DNA of 64,000 nt from Octopus sinensis (GCF_006345805.1 NC_042999.1:84382001-84446000); one strand, 5' to 3'. Numbered from the stretch's first letter, positions 40,113-55,136 are shown. Made by a program: numbers and translations. The notes: generated by a model from the sequence alone, not told the origin.

Positions 40113-40799
40113 ATAGCTTTTGGAGCTGGTTCAATGTGTTGATAGAGTGCAGTAAATAGCGGGATTGAAATTCAGCCTGTCTTACAGTCTTTGTTGTCAC
40201 ATGCCAGTATCAGTCTTTGTTGTTACATGCCGGTATCAGGACCGGTACTACCACGGCAAAGTTACTGGACAATAGGTTTTTCCTTGTCTCGCAGAAGACA
40301 ACAGTTAACCATACTTCAACAATATCATTGCCATATCGCCGAAATTTAAAAAGGTAAGATCATCTATTGATAGATATTAGTACCACAACTTAACAACTCT
40401 CACTAAAACTAAGTTAAAGTCAATTTGCACTTTTTCATAGGGTCTATCTTCTGCTTCGTAATTATTATATTCGGAACCAAATATATCGATTCATTAGCTA
40501 ATTTGTAATTATTTTATTATCATCTCATGTAGAATGATTATCTTTATCTGTGCATAAATTATTTGCATAAATTATTCAATTACTCTCCTTATACGTATTT
40601 CAGTAAAGAATATGGTTGGATCATGCAACCCGAGTAAGATAACTTATCTAATGCATAACATCATCAGAGATGAATAATTAGAAATGTTCCGTGATCCGGA
40701 TTTCAAAATCCGACTATAATGTTCCCCGGAACACGTGAAAGAAAATAACACAATTATATTATTAACCAACTCTTCAGCTTCGTGTGTAGATAGACAGAC

Positions 40800-40871
<72 letters not shown>

Positions 40872-41299
40872 GTACCCGTGCCCATGGATGTGTTTGGTCT
40901 ATCCTACTACGCTCATATATCTTCTTTCTTATTGTCGTGTTGCTAAATAAATTTCATGGAAATTTGGTGGACGGCACACTATGGAGCATCGTTAAATGGA
41001 TTTAGCGCCTCTATGATACTCTTACTCCTTTGTCCTGTCAAAGATCACCACCTGATTCTTGGAAGTCTTTAAAGAAGCATTCAAGGTAGATTTCCAGTTT
41101 TACCACAAATCCTCACCTTTCTTTCACCAGTCACGGATCGCATATATGGTGTAATGGGCGCTACCCTTCCGCCTGTGACAAAACGAGACGCACACATACA
41201 CATGGAAATACATGTATATTTATATACAAACGTAAGTATCTTTTTGTGTGTGTTTGTGTGTGTGTGTATGTGTGTGTGTGTATGTGTGTGTGTGTATGT

Positions 41300-41344
<45 letters not shown>

Positions 41345-42237
41345 TGTATGAATCTGTATATTTTGTTTATACATACTTATAGCTAGTGCTATATTAACAT
41401 TAACAATACTAACGGAAGTCAAAGCTTCTCGCTTTTGCTTTATTTATATAATCAATTAATTTACACAATTGGCAACAGTTTAGTATTAGCTAATATTAAA
41501 ATGTTTTAAGTACCAATAATGCTTAATAACATTCTTCGAATTTCTTTATACATTCTAAATACAAATATTTACAGCCATAAATATAAAATAACATGAGGAA
41601 GTTGTTAATAACAATAATACTAACGACGACGACAACGATTATTATTATTATTATTATTATATTATTATTATTATTGTTGTTGTTGTTGTTGTTGTTATTT
41701 CTGTATTTATTTCGAGGTACATAGAAGATGACCACAGTCTCGAGTGTAATATGATGACTTGTTTTGCTTTTTTTCTTTAGTTTTATACCATTATTGTTCA
41801 AAGAAGAAAGAAGAGAATGAAAAAGCGAACAAATTTATAGAAAGAGAAAAAAGAAAAGAAGAGACAAATAGCAGATCTGTCAAAGTGGAATAAATTGGAA
41901 ATGTGTTAAAAGAATCGATCGATGTGTAAGAAGACAGAGCAAAGTTTTCGTTGAATAGTTATAGATTGGACAGATTGATTAGATGGGGTTCATAGAACAA
42001 GAGGAAGATGTCAATACTTTCGCTTTTCTTTTCTTTCTTTTTTTTTAATTGTTTCAAGGAGGAGAGTAGGAAGGGTATCTATGAAAGAAACATTATAAAT
42101 GCAGAATAAAAAGAACTATCGAATAAAACGTCCCTCTAAAGCTAGCCATATCCTACTAATGTCCAAATCCAAATAAATTATAACTCCAGATTGCTTAACT
42201 AGTATGGAGTACGTGTCTTAACGACAGTGAACATTAG

Positions 42238-43456
42238 AAAATTTGTAGTGAGCTATCTGGTAAACTTTGACAGTTGCTCATTTTGCGCCATTATTATATT
42301 TTGACAACATTTTTTGTTTGAAAGCTGATACATCTATTTCTTTATTCTAACTCATTTTGCGCTTTATAAAGTATTTATAAATCGTTTTGTGTTCTTTTTG
42401 TCTAGAAATGGATAAGTCGGAAATTCGTACAGTTTTGAAATATGAATTCTTTCTTGGAAATACAGCATCACAAACAGCTTGGAATATTAATGGAGTATTT
42501 CAATCTAACGTTATTACACAGCAGAGAATATCAAATTGGTTTGCAAAATTAAATTTCGTTCTGGTAACTTTCATCTCACAAATGAGTAACGCAGTCCACC
42601 AGGAACAAAAGTGGATGATGACGAACTGAAAATCAACTTCGATTCAGATCCATCTCAAAGTGCCCGCGAATTATTGTTGTTGTTTGGCGTTAGCAAGAAA
42701 ACAATATTGATTCACCTAGTTCAAATCGGTAAAGTGAAAAAGTTGGATAAGTGGGTTCCACATGAACCCAATGAAAATCAGAAACAGCAACGTTTGGAAG
42801 CCTGCATTATGCTACTTTCTCGTCACAAAAATGAATAATTTTTGAATCGAATTGTAACATGTTCAGCAAAATGGTTGGACAAAGACGGGCCACCAAAACA
42901 GTCCAAAAAGCAAAATTCATCAAAAGAAGCTGATGGTGGGTGTCTGGTGGTCGGGCGCAGTCGTGATTCATTATGCTTTCATTAAACTAGGCTCATCAAT
43001 CTCGGCCGAAGTATATTGCATCCAACTGAACCAAATGATGCAGACATTTACAAAATCAGCCTAGATTAGTCAACAGATCCACTCCTATTTCATTGCAAGA
43101 CAACGCCAGAACACCCATCACAAAAATAACAGAAACTGGAGTTCGAAGTTCTCCATCATCCACCGTACTCACCTGATCTTGCCCCTACTGATTACCACTT
43201 CTTCCAGAATTTGGATAACTTTTTGATAGGAAAAAAAAATAATTCCGACGATGCTGTAAAACAGGCTTTCCAAGATTTTATTGACTCTAGATTACCAGGC
43301 TTTTACAGTTCCAGGCTGGACAAGCTACCGCTGAAATGGCAAAATTGTATTGACAATATGGGTACTTACTTTGATGAATAAAACTATTCCCTGTTTTATA
43401 AAACATTAGCAAACTTTTTTTCTTTTCTACAAATTTCATATTTGAAGACCTAATAT
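42238..43456 (+). mobile_element. Near full-length decayed mariner (D34D, Hsmar1/cecropia-like)
   Basis: MDKSEIRTVLKYEF (42408), KWVPHE, LQDNAR, HPPYSPDLAPTDYHFF, WQNCIDNMGTYFDE. 3' TIR tttcatatttgaagacctaata|ta; 5' TIR partial. Confidence 0.93.
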
Positions 43457-44339
43457 AATGTCGGAGAATGATACATTTTTTACGTAAAAGAAATCGGTAA
43501 TAAAGTGTATGTGGATGCGAAAGTAAACTTGATTTCAGTGTTAAGGCATATTAAATAATAAACTTGGCTTTTCTATCACCTGGCCTCGACATTATAACTT
43601 CCCTGTAAGTTTTGGTGCAATAAGAAATATTTTTCATCGTGAAGATATACATCTACCAATTATTGATCCCGAGATGAGTCTCGAACTGAACATTAGAAGC
43701 CTTCTGTTATTTCTTCTCTTAAGTAGGAAATATATTAACACACATTCACTCCACTAGAAAATATTCTCTGGATAGCAGCATTTTCTTTTCGTTATAATAT
43801 ATATAATATTTGTCGCAAATTCTCGCTCTCTACATATCTGTTCTAAACAATTCAAACGTAACGTTTTCTGTATATTTACTGCAAAAACAATGTTCCTAAC
43901 TTAAACTAAGTAGGAATTATCGAAGTGTCATCCGATTCCTTCAATCACTGACCATTTCACAAACCATTACTTATGCTACATTTCTTCTTCATCGTTCTCT
44001 CCTCTACCTCCATTATTATGATCATACCCAGAATAAAATAAAAGCTAAAGTAATAACATTATCGTACGTACCATCATGTCTCAGAAGCTGGAGGGTGTCG
44101 GACACAAATTGCCAAACACTTTTCTTGATGCATATTCTAGGAATGTATTTCCTTGCTGATGTTCACCTTCTCACACTGGAATTGGGTAGATACAATAATG
44201 CTGTCTTGTTATTACGTCTTCGATGTATCTAAACCTGGTATTAACTTGGTGGACACTATCGTTCATACAAAATGCATAATAATCTGCTGATTTCTCTCCG
44301 TCTGTCTGTCTCTGTCTCTCTTTCTCTCTCTCTCTCACT

Positions 44340-44379
<40 letters not shown>

Positions 44380-44425
44380 ATCTGTGTATTGATGCATATA
44401 TATATATATATATATGTATGTATAC

Positions 44426-44498
<73 letters not shown>

Positions 44499-44542
44499 CT
44501 GTGTATTGATGCATATATATATATATATATATGTATGTATAC

Positions 44543-44611
<69 letters not shown>

Positions 44612-44665
44612 ATATAAATCTGTGTATTGATGCATATATATATATATATATATATGTATGTATAC

Positions 44666-44734
<69 letters not shown>

Positions 44735-44742
44735 ATATATAT

Positions 44743-44773
<31 letters not shown>

Positions 44774-44780
44774 GTGTCTA
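44340..44780. repeat. (TA)n field with three copies of a ~120-bp higher-order unit
   Basis: aaatctgtgtattgatgc at 44378, 44495, 44616. Confidence 0.9.
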
Positions 44781-46292
44781 TAATATAATTATATTATATT
44801 TATTTCTCATAAAACGTACCTAGCAATGAGACTGAGTTAGCGTTATGGATTTTAGGTTATTCCACCTCTATAATTATCAAATCCACTGAATTTCAGCAGC
44901 ATCTACGTTCGTTTTGGTATCTTCCCTAGATCACCACAACAAAATCATGCGTCAAACTATACACGAAGTCCACAAAATAGTATATTGCAAATATTTTGAA
45001 ACTGTTCCCAGATAATGTCCACAAACCACTTACACTGCGGTAAAAATAGTTATTTAATATGAAACTTACCTCAAAATGCTACCATATGTGAAAGAAACAT
45101 GTGACATCTACATCAGCAAATATCACATACGTCAAAGAAAGAAGGCATAGAAAAAAAACTCAGTCTGGGAAATACAAGACCATATATCTAAACACTGTTC
45201 TATGACGCCAGTCACAAAAATATAAAATGGTGAGGAGAAACAACTATGACACTCCAACTGATTCTTCTGTACTGACCATCACCTCACTAAAGACAAAATG
45301 TACGTATGAGCTTGAATTCAACTATGTCTTTCTCTGAACAATTATGATTCAATATATCTACTTGAAAAAGGGATTTTTATAATGATAAATCATGCATATT
45401 TGCCCTATTCACTATTTTCCCTTGCTCTGCACATTTACCTGAGTAAGTTTTGTCAGCCATTCAAAGCAACTGTTACAATATTGTCTTTTATTGAGCAATT
45501 TTATTTCCATAGTATAATGATTTCTTTCAAGAAACATCCTTATAATGTGATATTTCCCAGCCTTTTTTTTTTTGTACAAATTAATTAAACTCGGCCTCAA
45601 TCTGCAATGGGTCTTTAAGAAATCTCTTTTGTATCAAGATTAGCAAACATGCAGTAGAGATATCGCTGTTAAAAATTAATTATTGTGCCTTTAAACTACT
45701 TATCACGCAAGATATAATGACGGTTATGTTACAAGTTATATGCCTTGGATAATATATATTACGAACAAAGAAAACTGACTAGGCCAATCTACATATATTA
45801 AATATTTGAAATCGACATGCCACTTCCATATGGGTCAAAATTCCGAAACACCCGGTTCGTCTTCTGGCTCATTGAGATTACGTTGCTTAGCTAGTAACAG
45901 TTTCGATGTTTTCTTTCTGTTGTATTTTTGGTATATGTATAATTATAACTTTTGTTATGTTGTTTATAGCCGTAAAGCTACGTGCTGTTATGCATGCATA
46001 ATTCTTTGCTGTATTAATATAATGTCTTGTTTGATTCTGGTTTAGTAGACATACTCTAGGTTTTTCTTAATTAGAGCTCTAGCGCCCCTAAAATTGAGTG
46101 GTCTCAATGTTAATTGGAACGAAACCACTATGATATTCTGGGTCATTTACTGACGAGGAAAAATGAAATGGGAATATTCTGCGTATCGTGTCTTTGCCTG
46201 AATATCCCGTCCGTTAACTTTCCGTCTGGTTTTCCGTTTTCTCTGCTTTCGTTCAATTTCTTCTGCTTGTTGTGTTCTTTTTGTTCAATCCT

Positions 46293-46357
<65 letters not shown>

Positions 46358-48347
46358 TGTGTGTGTGCGTGCGTGCGTGTGTGCTTGCGTATATATATAT
46401 ATATATATATAATATATATATATATATACACAAATATAGACTCACACACATATGCTCGAGGAAATAAAAAATGACTGGTCTAGTGCCCAGGTCTATATTT
46501 AACCAGAGTTTCTTGAAATCTAATACTTGATGAAATGAAGAAACCCAGGTTAAAATGAACTCTAACAGAAAATGTCGAGGGTGTGATGTTTATTGAGGTT
46601 CTGACACATATCCTCATCAATTTTCTGCTATCAACATTTCCAAAACACTGGCCTTCACCACTGAAAACAAATCATCTGTTTGTGAAATCTAACAGCTATG
46701 ATATTTTGCTTGTACTGTCACACGTCGAAGCCGACGGCAGATTCTCTCTGTTTGTTTACCTATTTGTTTATTATCACTGTATATCTATTGTGAACCTATC
46801 TGCTTTATGCATCTTCAACAAGTTTTCAGCTATCCCACTTCGTCACTAATCCCCTCCAATGACTATTCAATTATAATAAGTACTAAAAACGTTGTTCTTT
46901 GCGGATAAGCACTAGAAAAATTTGTGTCTTCAAAATAAATATCTTTTGTACGTAACATATGACGCTTTATACTGAATATTAGCAGTAGTAACGCATACAC
47001 CTCTCCTCACCAGTTCTACATAGGTAGAATTTAAGATTAATGAATGAAATCATGATAAAACTTATAGTGACCACGTGAAAATCTGGCTAAGATGTGTGCC
47101 ATACTTTAAACGAGTAAATATAGGACAACTTATTTGACTCGTTTCTAAGAAGATTTCGTCCGTATAAGTTAATAGCATTCACTTTGATGTTGCGGTGTCG
47201 GATAAGCTTTAAGAATGTTAAGTTTCGTTTAGTTTTGTTTCTTTAGGCTTATTTTACTTTAAACTTGTCTGTTCTGTTTTTGGTGCTTACCAAAGAAAGA
47301 TAAAATGCTTTAAGATTACTAAAATTCAAGAAGAAAAACAAAAATCAGATTGTCAAGTAAAATATAGTAAACATTCTAAATCAGACAATACCAAATGGTA
47401 TTAGGTAATATTGAAGAAATTATTTAAATACAAAATTCATATTCCAAATGAATATTTGCTATAATAACGAAATCCAAAGGAAAATAAAATATATAGAAAA
47501 GTCTAAAAATAAAATTATGAAAACAAAATTGACTTCTAAAAATACAATTATTCTTTTATTCATTTAATCAGTTAATTATAATAGAATATAAGAGATTCCA
47601 AATGCCATATGCATTTGTGCCTGAAGAAATGAGCAACTCTTTTTTAACAGTGTAAATGGTAAGAGAATGGTAATTTGGCAGAAATATAGCAGAAAACTGC
47701 ACTACATTACTGTCAGTATTTATTTCTGACCCTTGTATGTGCCTTCCTTTTTGGATTTCTTCAACTTTGTATTTCATTTCTCGACCGATAGTTTAACATA
47801 GACTCTAGTAATAGTTAAGGACCAATTCAGTCGACAGTACTTCTTTTTTTTTTATGAATATGTTCTGCTTCGACTAGAGAAATGAGAGAATAAAAAGATT
47901 AATTTTAGTACTGATGCCTGAGAGCGCGCCTCAATCTCTTCACATTTTAAGCAAAATCGCAACAGAATGATATTAACTGTATCAAAAATCAGTGTTCGAG
48001 GAGAGCTCAACAACAAACGAAATCATCTTATGAAAAATAAATGCTGCAAATGTACAACTATTTTACGTCGTGGGTACAAAATGTTGCCATCATTCACGTA
48101 AAATGATTACACGTTGCGTATGTTATGCTTCGATTTTTTAGGGCACCTGGTGTATATTTATTGATTTTCCTAGAGTACAATAACTGTTATAGGAAGACTT
48201 GTTTGTTTAGAAACTAATCCATAAGTAGTTCAAACATTGATGCCGCGCAAAACTTATGATTATCACAACATTAACCATGAATATTAGATGAAAACGTTAT
48301 AACACTCGAAAGCTGTGTAGATATAATTTATCAATCTCTTCTACATA

Positions 48348-48563
48348 GAGTAATACCTCGCTTTACGAGGAACCGCTTTACGAGAGTCCGGGTTTCCAAG
48401 TTTTCTTTACGAGTATTATAAATTTTATAGGTAAGATGTTTTTCCGCGAACGAATTACGATTTGTAATATTGCTACTATGGGAAATTATTGCTCCGCTTT
48501 ACCAGTTTTCATTTTACGACCGGACTCTGGGAACAAATCAAATCGTATATCGAGGCATTACTG
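48348..48563. mobile_element. pogo/Tigger-type MITE with TA target duplication
   Basis: TA|gagtaatacctcgctttacga ... tcgtatatcgaggcattactg|TA. Confidence 0.8.
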
Positions 48564-49133
48564 TACTCTTCACTACCTGACAAATGTATGAAAGCCACCA
48601 GAGAGATATGACGATACAGTGTTTCGTAAAGCTTACTGAAGTACGTTCCTCCGGTACACACATATGGTCATTTTAGATTAATTTATTTCACATGTCCTTT
48701 TAGTTTACTGCAAGCTGTTCTCACCGATAATATTATGACTTAAGGGGTTTAGCAACGAACATGATAGAAAGTGTAGATATTCTTCTATCCTGAGATTCTT
48801 TCCCTTGGCTGACCACATTTCCAATGTTATATATTCATATTACGATGGAAAAAAATTTTGTGAAATTTTTCCATATTTTAATGTATTTTAATGTTCAAAT
48901 TTGTCAAAGAAATGCATTCTAACTTTTAGAAAAAGTATTCTATAAATACGAAAAATGTGTGACATATTTTGAAATCTAGTTGAAGCCATTTCAGTTTACT
49001 GTCTCTACGAATGACAAGCTTTATTATGATGAATCACCAATTATGTATGTTTTAGAATAATCATTGATAACATGATTACAACTATTGTTTACAATTACGT
49101 ATGTTTTCTTTAATATTTCTCTCTCTCTCTCTC

Positions 49134-49182
<49 letters not shown>

Positions 49183-49367
49183 TATATATATATTTGAGTA
49201 GTTGAATGAATTATCTTATTAAGGATAATTCGAATTAACCGATACCTGGGTAGCAAATTCACATAAGAAAAAAACACGGTTGAAGTTACGTGCCTAGGGC
49301 ATAGATTACGTGCTTTCGTGTGGAAATTTGTATGTTTATTTGTATGTTTATTTTAAAAGTATAAATA

Positions 49368-51368
49368 TTGAAAGATAGATACATTTTAGATAAATACATA
49401 CCTAGATTAATCAATAAGTTAAAACTCAACATATGGTCTAACTCCACTCAAGTCGTAGAGTGGTTTTCTTCTATTTCTAATAAAAACCGCACAAAATTCA
49501 TTCAATTCGATATTTCTAGTTTCTACCCTTCGATCAACCCTAGTGTACTCAATAAGGCCCTATGGCACGCACATAATAAGGCAGGCCTCACAAGGGAGGA
49601 AATTAATATAATTTTAGCGGCTAGAAAATCCTTCATACAGTTCGATGATAAGATATGGGTCCGTAAGGATACCCTCAACGCATTCGATGTGCCAATGGGA
49701 AGCTCAGACAGCGCCCAGATAGCCGATTTGGTCGGAATATATATTCTCTATGAATTAGCCGACCAATTCCCGGACATCTGCGGCGGTCTGTATCGAGACG
49801 ATTGTCTATTTTACCTACAGAATGCTCCGAACAGTATGATACAGAAGACTAAAAACAGATTAGCTAGATTTTTTAGCAGAATGGACAGGAGCATAGTTTT
49901 CGACGACGAACTAACTAAAGCCAACTTTTTAGATGTTACCCTAAATCTGCATAACAATTCTTACTTCCCTTACCATAAGCCTTCTACTAACCTTAAATAT
50001 ATCAGCATTTTCAGTAACCATGCAAAAACTATCACCGATAATTTAGTTAAAAATATATCCTTAAGACTATCAAATTTATCTGCGAATGTCGACGTTTTTA
50101 AACAAAAAGCGGCATTTTATAATGCCGCCTTGTCAAAAGCCAGTTATAGGGATAAGGTATCATATATCGACCCGGCCCATTCTAAACTAATATTTACTTC
50201 TCAGGATAAGAAAACTAATAACAATAGAAATAATGTAATTAATGATTTCAGCTCTAGTAACGTCGACACTAATATAATTAACAAAAATAATTTACGGACC
50301 AGGGGAGGCAATCGAAAACCAACACCAATTCTACAACACAGAAATACTCCCTTTAATGTAAATATTAACACTCTAAGCCATTCTAAGTCCATAAAAAACT
50401 ATATCTGGTTTATCATTCCTTTCGGAAAACAAATCAGGTCTAATCTCCCTTTACAGTTCCGTGAAGCCGTAGCTAGAAACTTTACAGGAATTCTAGGTAT
50501 TACTCTACTATCAATTCGCATAAGGTGAGGATTGCGTTCTACAACACTAGAAATCTATCGCAGATAATTGCCTCCCATAATAATAAACTGCTAAATAAGG
50601 ACTCATCACCCAGGAGTAGCGACACTGCCCTTACCAATTCTAACCTAGCATACAATAATAATAATAATATAAATAGTATTGATATTAGCAACATTCATAG
50701 CAGCATTGGCGTTAACAATAGTAATAATGATAATAATATTAGCCGGATTATTAACAGTGGTGGTGTTAGTGGTAATAGTAACAGCATTTCTAATAACAGT
50801 TGTATTATTGATAATAACAATCACAGCATCCCTATAGTCAGAGAAATTGCCGACGATATTACAAATAATATTAATGATAATAAGATGAATAGTATCGTGG
50901 CCAAGACTAGCAAAAATATTTACACCTATAATAACAATAAAAACTCTGTCTTAGTATCGGAAGTTAACCCCAACAGATTAAAGTTCTTATCCAAAAATTC
51001 CAAATTTAGAAACACCATTTACCAGTGCAAAATTTCATCTGGAACCGATGTCTTCTTCTACATTGGAGCAACCTCTTCTAAATTAGGCCAACGGCTAATC
51101 ATTATTCAATCATTATTCAACTTTCCGAGATAAGAGAAAACAACACAGCATGGGACTAAGTAAATTAGTTTGGCGTCTGAAGGACAGCAATACAACTTTC
51201 ATATTGTCGGTGTCCTTTCCGTTTGATAAAGGCAGAAAACTTTGTGGCATCTGTAATTCCGAACTTTTTTATATTTTGTTCGCCAAAGTCCCTTTAATAA
51301 GTACAATCGTCGAGAGGTCATACAGGTGCATGCACTGGCAAAAATACACCTTTCACTCATATGTATAA
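49368..51368 (+). pseudogene. PLE RT-endonuclease ORF with two frameshift sites (~50485, ~51100)
   Basis: ORFs 49368-50528, 50525-51133 and 51150-51368 join into one PLE protein. An 11-bp duplication aatcattattc lies at the second break. Confidence 0.88.
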
Positions 51369-51961
51369 TGATTAATATAGATAACCCCTTGAATTTTAAT
51401 TAATATAACTTCTTTTTTTATATATGTCACCCCCATAGTCATGAAAAAATTTGTTTATACTTTCAAAGAACTACTACCCAATCCAGTGAGGTTGTTGCCT
51501 TAGTCCCTCTACATCGCCCCCCTCTTTCTCTCTCTTTCTCTCTCTATTTCCCTCTTTCTATAGTAAGCACAATCAAACACACAGACACAACATCTCACCT
51601 CACCACTGTCTGTTTTCTGACATCTACCCATCTACATACACAATCACGCATACACATACATACACACACACATTAATGCAGTTATATACAGTCACACACA
51701 CAGGCACTCATTCACAAAAGAAATTAACAAAATCCACCATTCATATGACCTGCACTCTTTCACCTTCCTATTCATTTGCCTCTCTCCTCCAACTTCGTTT
51801 GAACCCTTGAACCTTTAGAACCTTCTAGATTCTTCTACTTTCAACCACTTTGACGTCACTCCTTATAAAGGAATATTTTAAAGAGACACTCATTACTGCT
51901 ATGGGCTCCGTGTGAGCAATCATCTGAAGGTTTTTTGTGCATTTTGATGTTGACATAAGTT

Positions 51962-52055
51962 CATTGCTTTTCCTGATGAGAAAGCGGCATAATGTACTCC
52001 TTATTCCTTCGCAATTAGGAATGTGCAGCCTTCGAAACATATGTCAAAAATAAAG
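51962..52055 (+). ncRNA. Type I hammerhead ribozyme motif in the PLE 3' region
   Basis: CTGATGA 51973-79, 10-bp stem II with 2 mismatches (51980-89/52024-33), GAAA 52034-37, palindromic stem III acatatgt, GTC triplet 52043-45, weak stem I tttt/aaaa. Confidence 0.72.
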
Positions 52056-52099
52056 GTATTTTGTTAATTCGTCGTTCAGCTCCATTCTTTCATATATTC

Positions 52100-52152
<53 letters not shown>

Positions 52153-53374
52153 CGCTCTCTCACGCACACACACATTTTCTCATTTGCTATTTATCTCTCT
52201 CCCTCTCTCTATTTATATATATATTTCCTCATCCAATTATTGAAGCTGTATTTATTAGAACCACGCTCCACCTAATCTTGTGTCGTTTCTGGAATATCTA
52301 GGGCCGGATCTCTAGTTCGGTTATGATTTGGAAATAATTTTGGCAAATATTTCAGTGCGTTAATGTTAATTAATTATATAGATGAGGAAATTCAATATTT
52401 GTTAGTGAAGCACTGAAACCAATTTGTAAGTGCCGTAAATTCGTTAATATTCTTTTGATTTTTTTTCTCCTCCCCACCATATTCAAAAGCAGATGCTCCA
52501 ACTCAACATCATCCTTTTATTTTTTTCTGTTCTATTTCCGAATTTAAAGTTGGTAAATACCCAAACTACAAGCAACATTTTGACGAATAGACACTTCCAA
52601 AACTTATGAAAGCACAATCTTTATTTGTTTATTTTGCAGCATCACCAAGATATAACAATTCAACTTCAATAATTAATAGTTATAAAGTTGAAGTAATGAA
52701 TACAATTTTATTTCATATTCCATATAACGTACTACATTTGATATTCAATACGCAGGCATTAACAGAGCTATTACTATATGTGTATTTTACAGCCCGACTT
52801 CTTTTTAACGGTATTAATTTGTGCCGCCCTTTCGCAATATGTGCACAGTGAGAAGGACTTAGACATATGAGATTAAACATCATTTCCAGGGTTATGACTG
52901 ATCGCTGTTTAGTGGAAACGAGCCAGTAATTAATCGAGTAATTTCAATACTTAAGCACAGATAGTAAGAATTAAATAGAATATAAATTGACTGCAATTTT
53001 GTTTCTTGTCTTCAAAGCACGCTGAAGTGTAGTTGAAAGCTACATTGAAATATATATTCCATAAAACATTAATTTCAGAGTATTGCTTTTCTTTTTAGCT
53101 ATCCGCAACTTCACCTTACTCTGTTGATTATAACTATTGATCAAACCCTGTATATATAAAACCGGTTTAATCCTAAATGATTACACCGATCAATTAGGTA
53201 CCTATATTAAAGTTGGCAACACTTAGACGACTTGCCAATAATAACAGCTTGAAAATGTCGCTTTGCATAAGCTGGAATGAAATGCAATTAATAAGTCACG
53301 AAATGAATTATGCATTTGAAGATAATTACAAATATATTAAAATAAAAACAACACCTACAACAAAACCACTATAA

Positions 53375-53390
53375 GATAATAATAATAATA

Positions 53391-53442
<52 letters not shown>

Positions 53443-53464
53443 CATAATAATAATAATAGTAATC

Positions 53465-53531
<67 letters not shown>

Positions 53532-53560
53532 AGATTATGATTATGATTATTATAATTGAT
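53375..53560. repeat. Long (AAT)n microsatellite
   Basis: Direct reading. Confidence 0.95.
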
Positions 53561-53779
53561 CACAATTACTATATATATAATGCAATACATATCATATAAA
53601 AAGTTTACAACATGGTGAATATATACGCACGCAAACATGCATACGAACACGGATATGGACACACACATGAATGCACACATTTATGCGTAACAAATGTAAT
53701 AGGAGAGAAATTATATTAATACGGGTTTATAAAAAAAACAGCTCTGCACAAAACAAATACAAACAACCCACGCACACAC

Positions 53780-54200
53780 TAGCCAGAAACCCTGCGATAA
53801 CTACATATTTGATCATTTTGAAGGTTAAACTTTCGAAATTGATCTTGAGCAGCCCTACCCTTACCCGATTCCCTAGTTTGTTGGTTAGGATTTCATCAAC
53901 AATTTTATATTCAATGTATTTTAGTTATGCTTCTTCTTCAATATCATAAAAGCTTTCTTTTTTTTCCGGTTATTCAACAATTCTATTAGGCCGTCTCATT
54001 TAACTCGGATATCTGTGTAGTTTATATATAACAGCTCCTCAGGTGCTAATTGTTGAGGGAACTGTAACGCTCTGTTTGCCTTTAGTTTAAGCTCGTTAGT
54101 TTTGCTAGATATTGTTTTGTCACTGTCCCCATTGGTTTCCCTGATTTCAACACTCTCCCCCATTTTCCCATTGCTACAGAACGGGGCGGCATTGAATTGC
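53780..54200 (-). pseudogene. Possible decayed I/Nimb/Jockey-type LINE ORF1
   Basis: Manual translation DIEEEA*LKYIEYKIVDEILTNKLGNRVRVGLLKINFESLTFKMIKYVVIAGF resembles LINE ORF1 pre-knuckle regions. Resemblance only. Confidence 0.3.
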
Positions 54201-55136
54201 TGCTCAAATCTACTAACTGGTTTTTCTGAAGGAAGTAACCGTTTCGAATTTCGACTCGGCTTTCCCTGTCATCAAACCTCAGAGTTTGGTGACGATAAAG
54301 AAGGTTCGACACCTCATACTCGCTTTCCATTCGGGCAGTCATGAAGTTGCAATTATTAGTACTCAGGAGAGGTGGTAGGGGCAGCAGCAGCCACAATCTT
54401 CACCTTAGTATTGAGTGGTTGTCATCGTCTCTTCTGCTGCATTCCAAAACCTTCATTTAGTGTGAAGACTCTCATGTAAAACATACCGCACATGCAGCAA
54501 GTAGGTATTCTCAATGTACCACAGGTCTGATTCATTTCATTTACGCTGTCAAAAAAAAGTGCATAGGTAAGCGCTAGCCTTATTGCTTTCTATGTTACCA
54601 GAACCTGATATTATTTATGCTTATTCCCAAACCTGTTTGGTTTCACTGAAGGCCAATTCAGCTAGACAAACTCATCTGAGGATTTAAGCATTTGCTTCTA
54701 CTTTCGCATCGACCACAAGCCATGAGTATTGACATCCCACACTTATAGACTGATCATGTTCTGAATGGTGAAGAAAGTAACAAAATATTTCAAATATGAT
54801 ATAATTATAAATATAATTAAATATATTTAAAATAGAATAATCATTTATCCAGTAACTTTTTAATAATCCACGTCATTTGGGAAATGCTGTCTAAGGCTGA
54901 TATACAGTCTTAGTACACTTCTCACCATTTGAGTTTTGATACTCTTTGATGGTAGTTCCATTAAAGGTCTCACATACCATAAGGATTTTGTCCTTGTAGG
55001 TCTGAATAACTATTATCAACACCTCTTTCACCAATCATAGAAGCTGTAATTGAGACTTTCGCTTGTGGATTTTTGCTGATGTGATTATCGCATCTCTTCT
55101 TGTTTTTAGTACTATTTGTACATTTTGTTGCTCTTT

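Larger units (their letters stand above)
49195..52095 (+). mobile_element. Penelope-like element (RT, Asn-rich linker, C-terminal GIY-YIG, 3' hammerhead) inserted in (TA)n
   Basis: FDISSFYPSI, VPMGSSD, YRDD, NFLDVTLNL, FYIGATS, LCGICNSE..RCMH. (TA)n tracts on both sides. Confidence 0.9.

Noticed and set aside
46140-46180. CTGACGA-ggaaaaat-GAAA motif
   Set aside because: No stem II or stem I in this copy; cannot be supported without a family consensus
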